Below, piece by piece: positions 62,766 through 64,000 of a DNA stretch of 64,000 nt. The stretch lies in NCBI RefSeq assembly GCF_020745735.1, contig NC_083419.1, positions 50,192,135 through 50,256,134 of the forward strand, written 5' to 3'. The notes under the pieces were generated by a model. The model saw only the letters and a program-made list of their open reading frames with translations. It was not told the DNA's origin and made no database searches. The translations under genes were made by a program, and so were the position numbers. Position 1 is the first letter of the stretch, and each line of letters begins with the position of its first letter. The stretch is from Hemiscyllium ocellatum. Its lineage: Eukaryota.

Positions 62766-64000
62766 GAGTCAGAGTCATCGAAATAGACCCTCTGGCCCAA
62801 CTTGTCCACGCTGACTAGACATCCCACTCTGACCTAGTCCCATTTATCAGCATTTGGTCCAAAACCATCTAAACCCTTCCTATTCATATATCCATCCAGA
62901 TGGCTTTTAAATGCTATAATTATATCCGCCTCCACCACTTTCTCTGGCAGCTTGTTTCATACACTCACCACCCTTTGCATGAAAATGTTACCTCTCTGGT
63001 CTTTTTTAAATCTTTCCCCTCTCATCTTAAACCTATGCCTTCTAGTTTTGGACTCCCCTACCCTAGGAAAAAGATATTGGCTAGTCACCCTATCCATACC
63101 CCTCATGATTTTATAACTCACTGTAAGGTCACCCCTCAGCCTCTGGTGCACTAGGGAAATATGTATCAGCCTAATCAGTGCCTCCCAATAAATCAAACCC
63201 TCCACTTCCAGTAGTATCCTTGTGAATCTTTGCTGCATCCTCTCGAGCCTTAAACATGTCCTGTATGGCCACATCATGTCGACCCAAGTGCTCAATGCAC
63301 TGACAATAAAGGAAAGCGTGCCACAAGCCGTCCTAGATTAGAGTGGTGTTGGAAAAGACTCTGATTTCCAGTATCTGCAGTCCCCACTTTTGCCTAGCTT
63401 TCATCACCCTGTCTACCTGTGACTCCACTTTCAAGGAACTATACACCTGTACCCTTAGACCTGTTTGTTCGGCAACACTCCCCAGGGACGTACAATTAAC
63501 TGCCCTGGTTTGCCTTGCTAAAATGCAACACCTCACATTTAACTAAATTAATTTGATCCAATGATCAAGGTCCTGTTGTACTCTGAGATAATCTTCACTG
63601 TCCACTAATCTGCTCTATTGGTGTCATCTGCAAACTTACTAACCATATATTCTATGTTCAAATCCAAATCATTTACATAAATAATGAGAAGCAATGGACC
63701 CAGCACCAATCCTATCTTCAAGCCGTTTTTATATCCAATTGGGCTAGCTCCCCTGGATCCCATGTAATCTAACCTTGCTAGACAGTCAAGCATGCGGAAT
63801 CTTGTCGATCGCTTTGCTGAAGTCCATATGTACAATGTTGATTGCTATTCCTTCATTAAACTTCTTTGTCACTTATTTTTAAAATAACTCTATCAAGTTA
63901 GTGAGACATGGTTTCCCATGTTTAAAGCCATATTGATTATCCTTAATCAATCCTTGCCTTTCCAAATGCGTGTAAGTCCTGTCCCTCTGAATCCCCTCCA
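62766..64000 (-). mobile_element. CR1 LINE fragment running off the window edge, with a ~64-bp family-B insert at 63333-63396
   Basis: ORFs 62957-63295 and 63605-63835 (LGPLLL..NDLD..SKFADD). The insert carries TAGATTAGAGTGGTGTTGGAAAAG and CTGCAGTCCCCACTTTTGCC ends. Confidence 0.9.

Overview
Eukaryotic, repeat-rich vertebrate DNA. The HE1-type SINEs and HER1/CR1-type LINEs point to a shark or ray genome (inference). About 1-45 kb is an intergenic transposon graveyard. It holds many 5'-truncated CR1 LINEs, one with an unbroken 707-codon RT frame, and a decayed Gypsy LTR element with the unusual Gmr1 order (protease-integrase-RT) carrying nested insertions. It also holds tRNA-derived SINEs, a Deu-domain SINE, and many Penelope-like elements (PLEs) with their 60-240 bp derivatives. 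The one recognisable host gene starts at about 48 kb: a CpG island, a probable non-coding exon and three coding exons (MEMQSLQEALKVEIQCHQ / KLVAQMKQDPQ / NGELKKQLHERQTRITSLSEKQ) of a PHF21-family gene, most likely PHF21B. A long intron follows to the window end. The most striking hidden structure is in four sequence-distinct PLE families that share a minimal hammerhead-ribozyme-like core (CTGAnGA-N-stem II-GAAA-CG/GC-TH) with covarying stems. This core is mobilised as monomers and as head-to-head palindromes, most flanked by 8-15 bp target-site duplications. All family assignments come from motif recognition by eye, without database searches.
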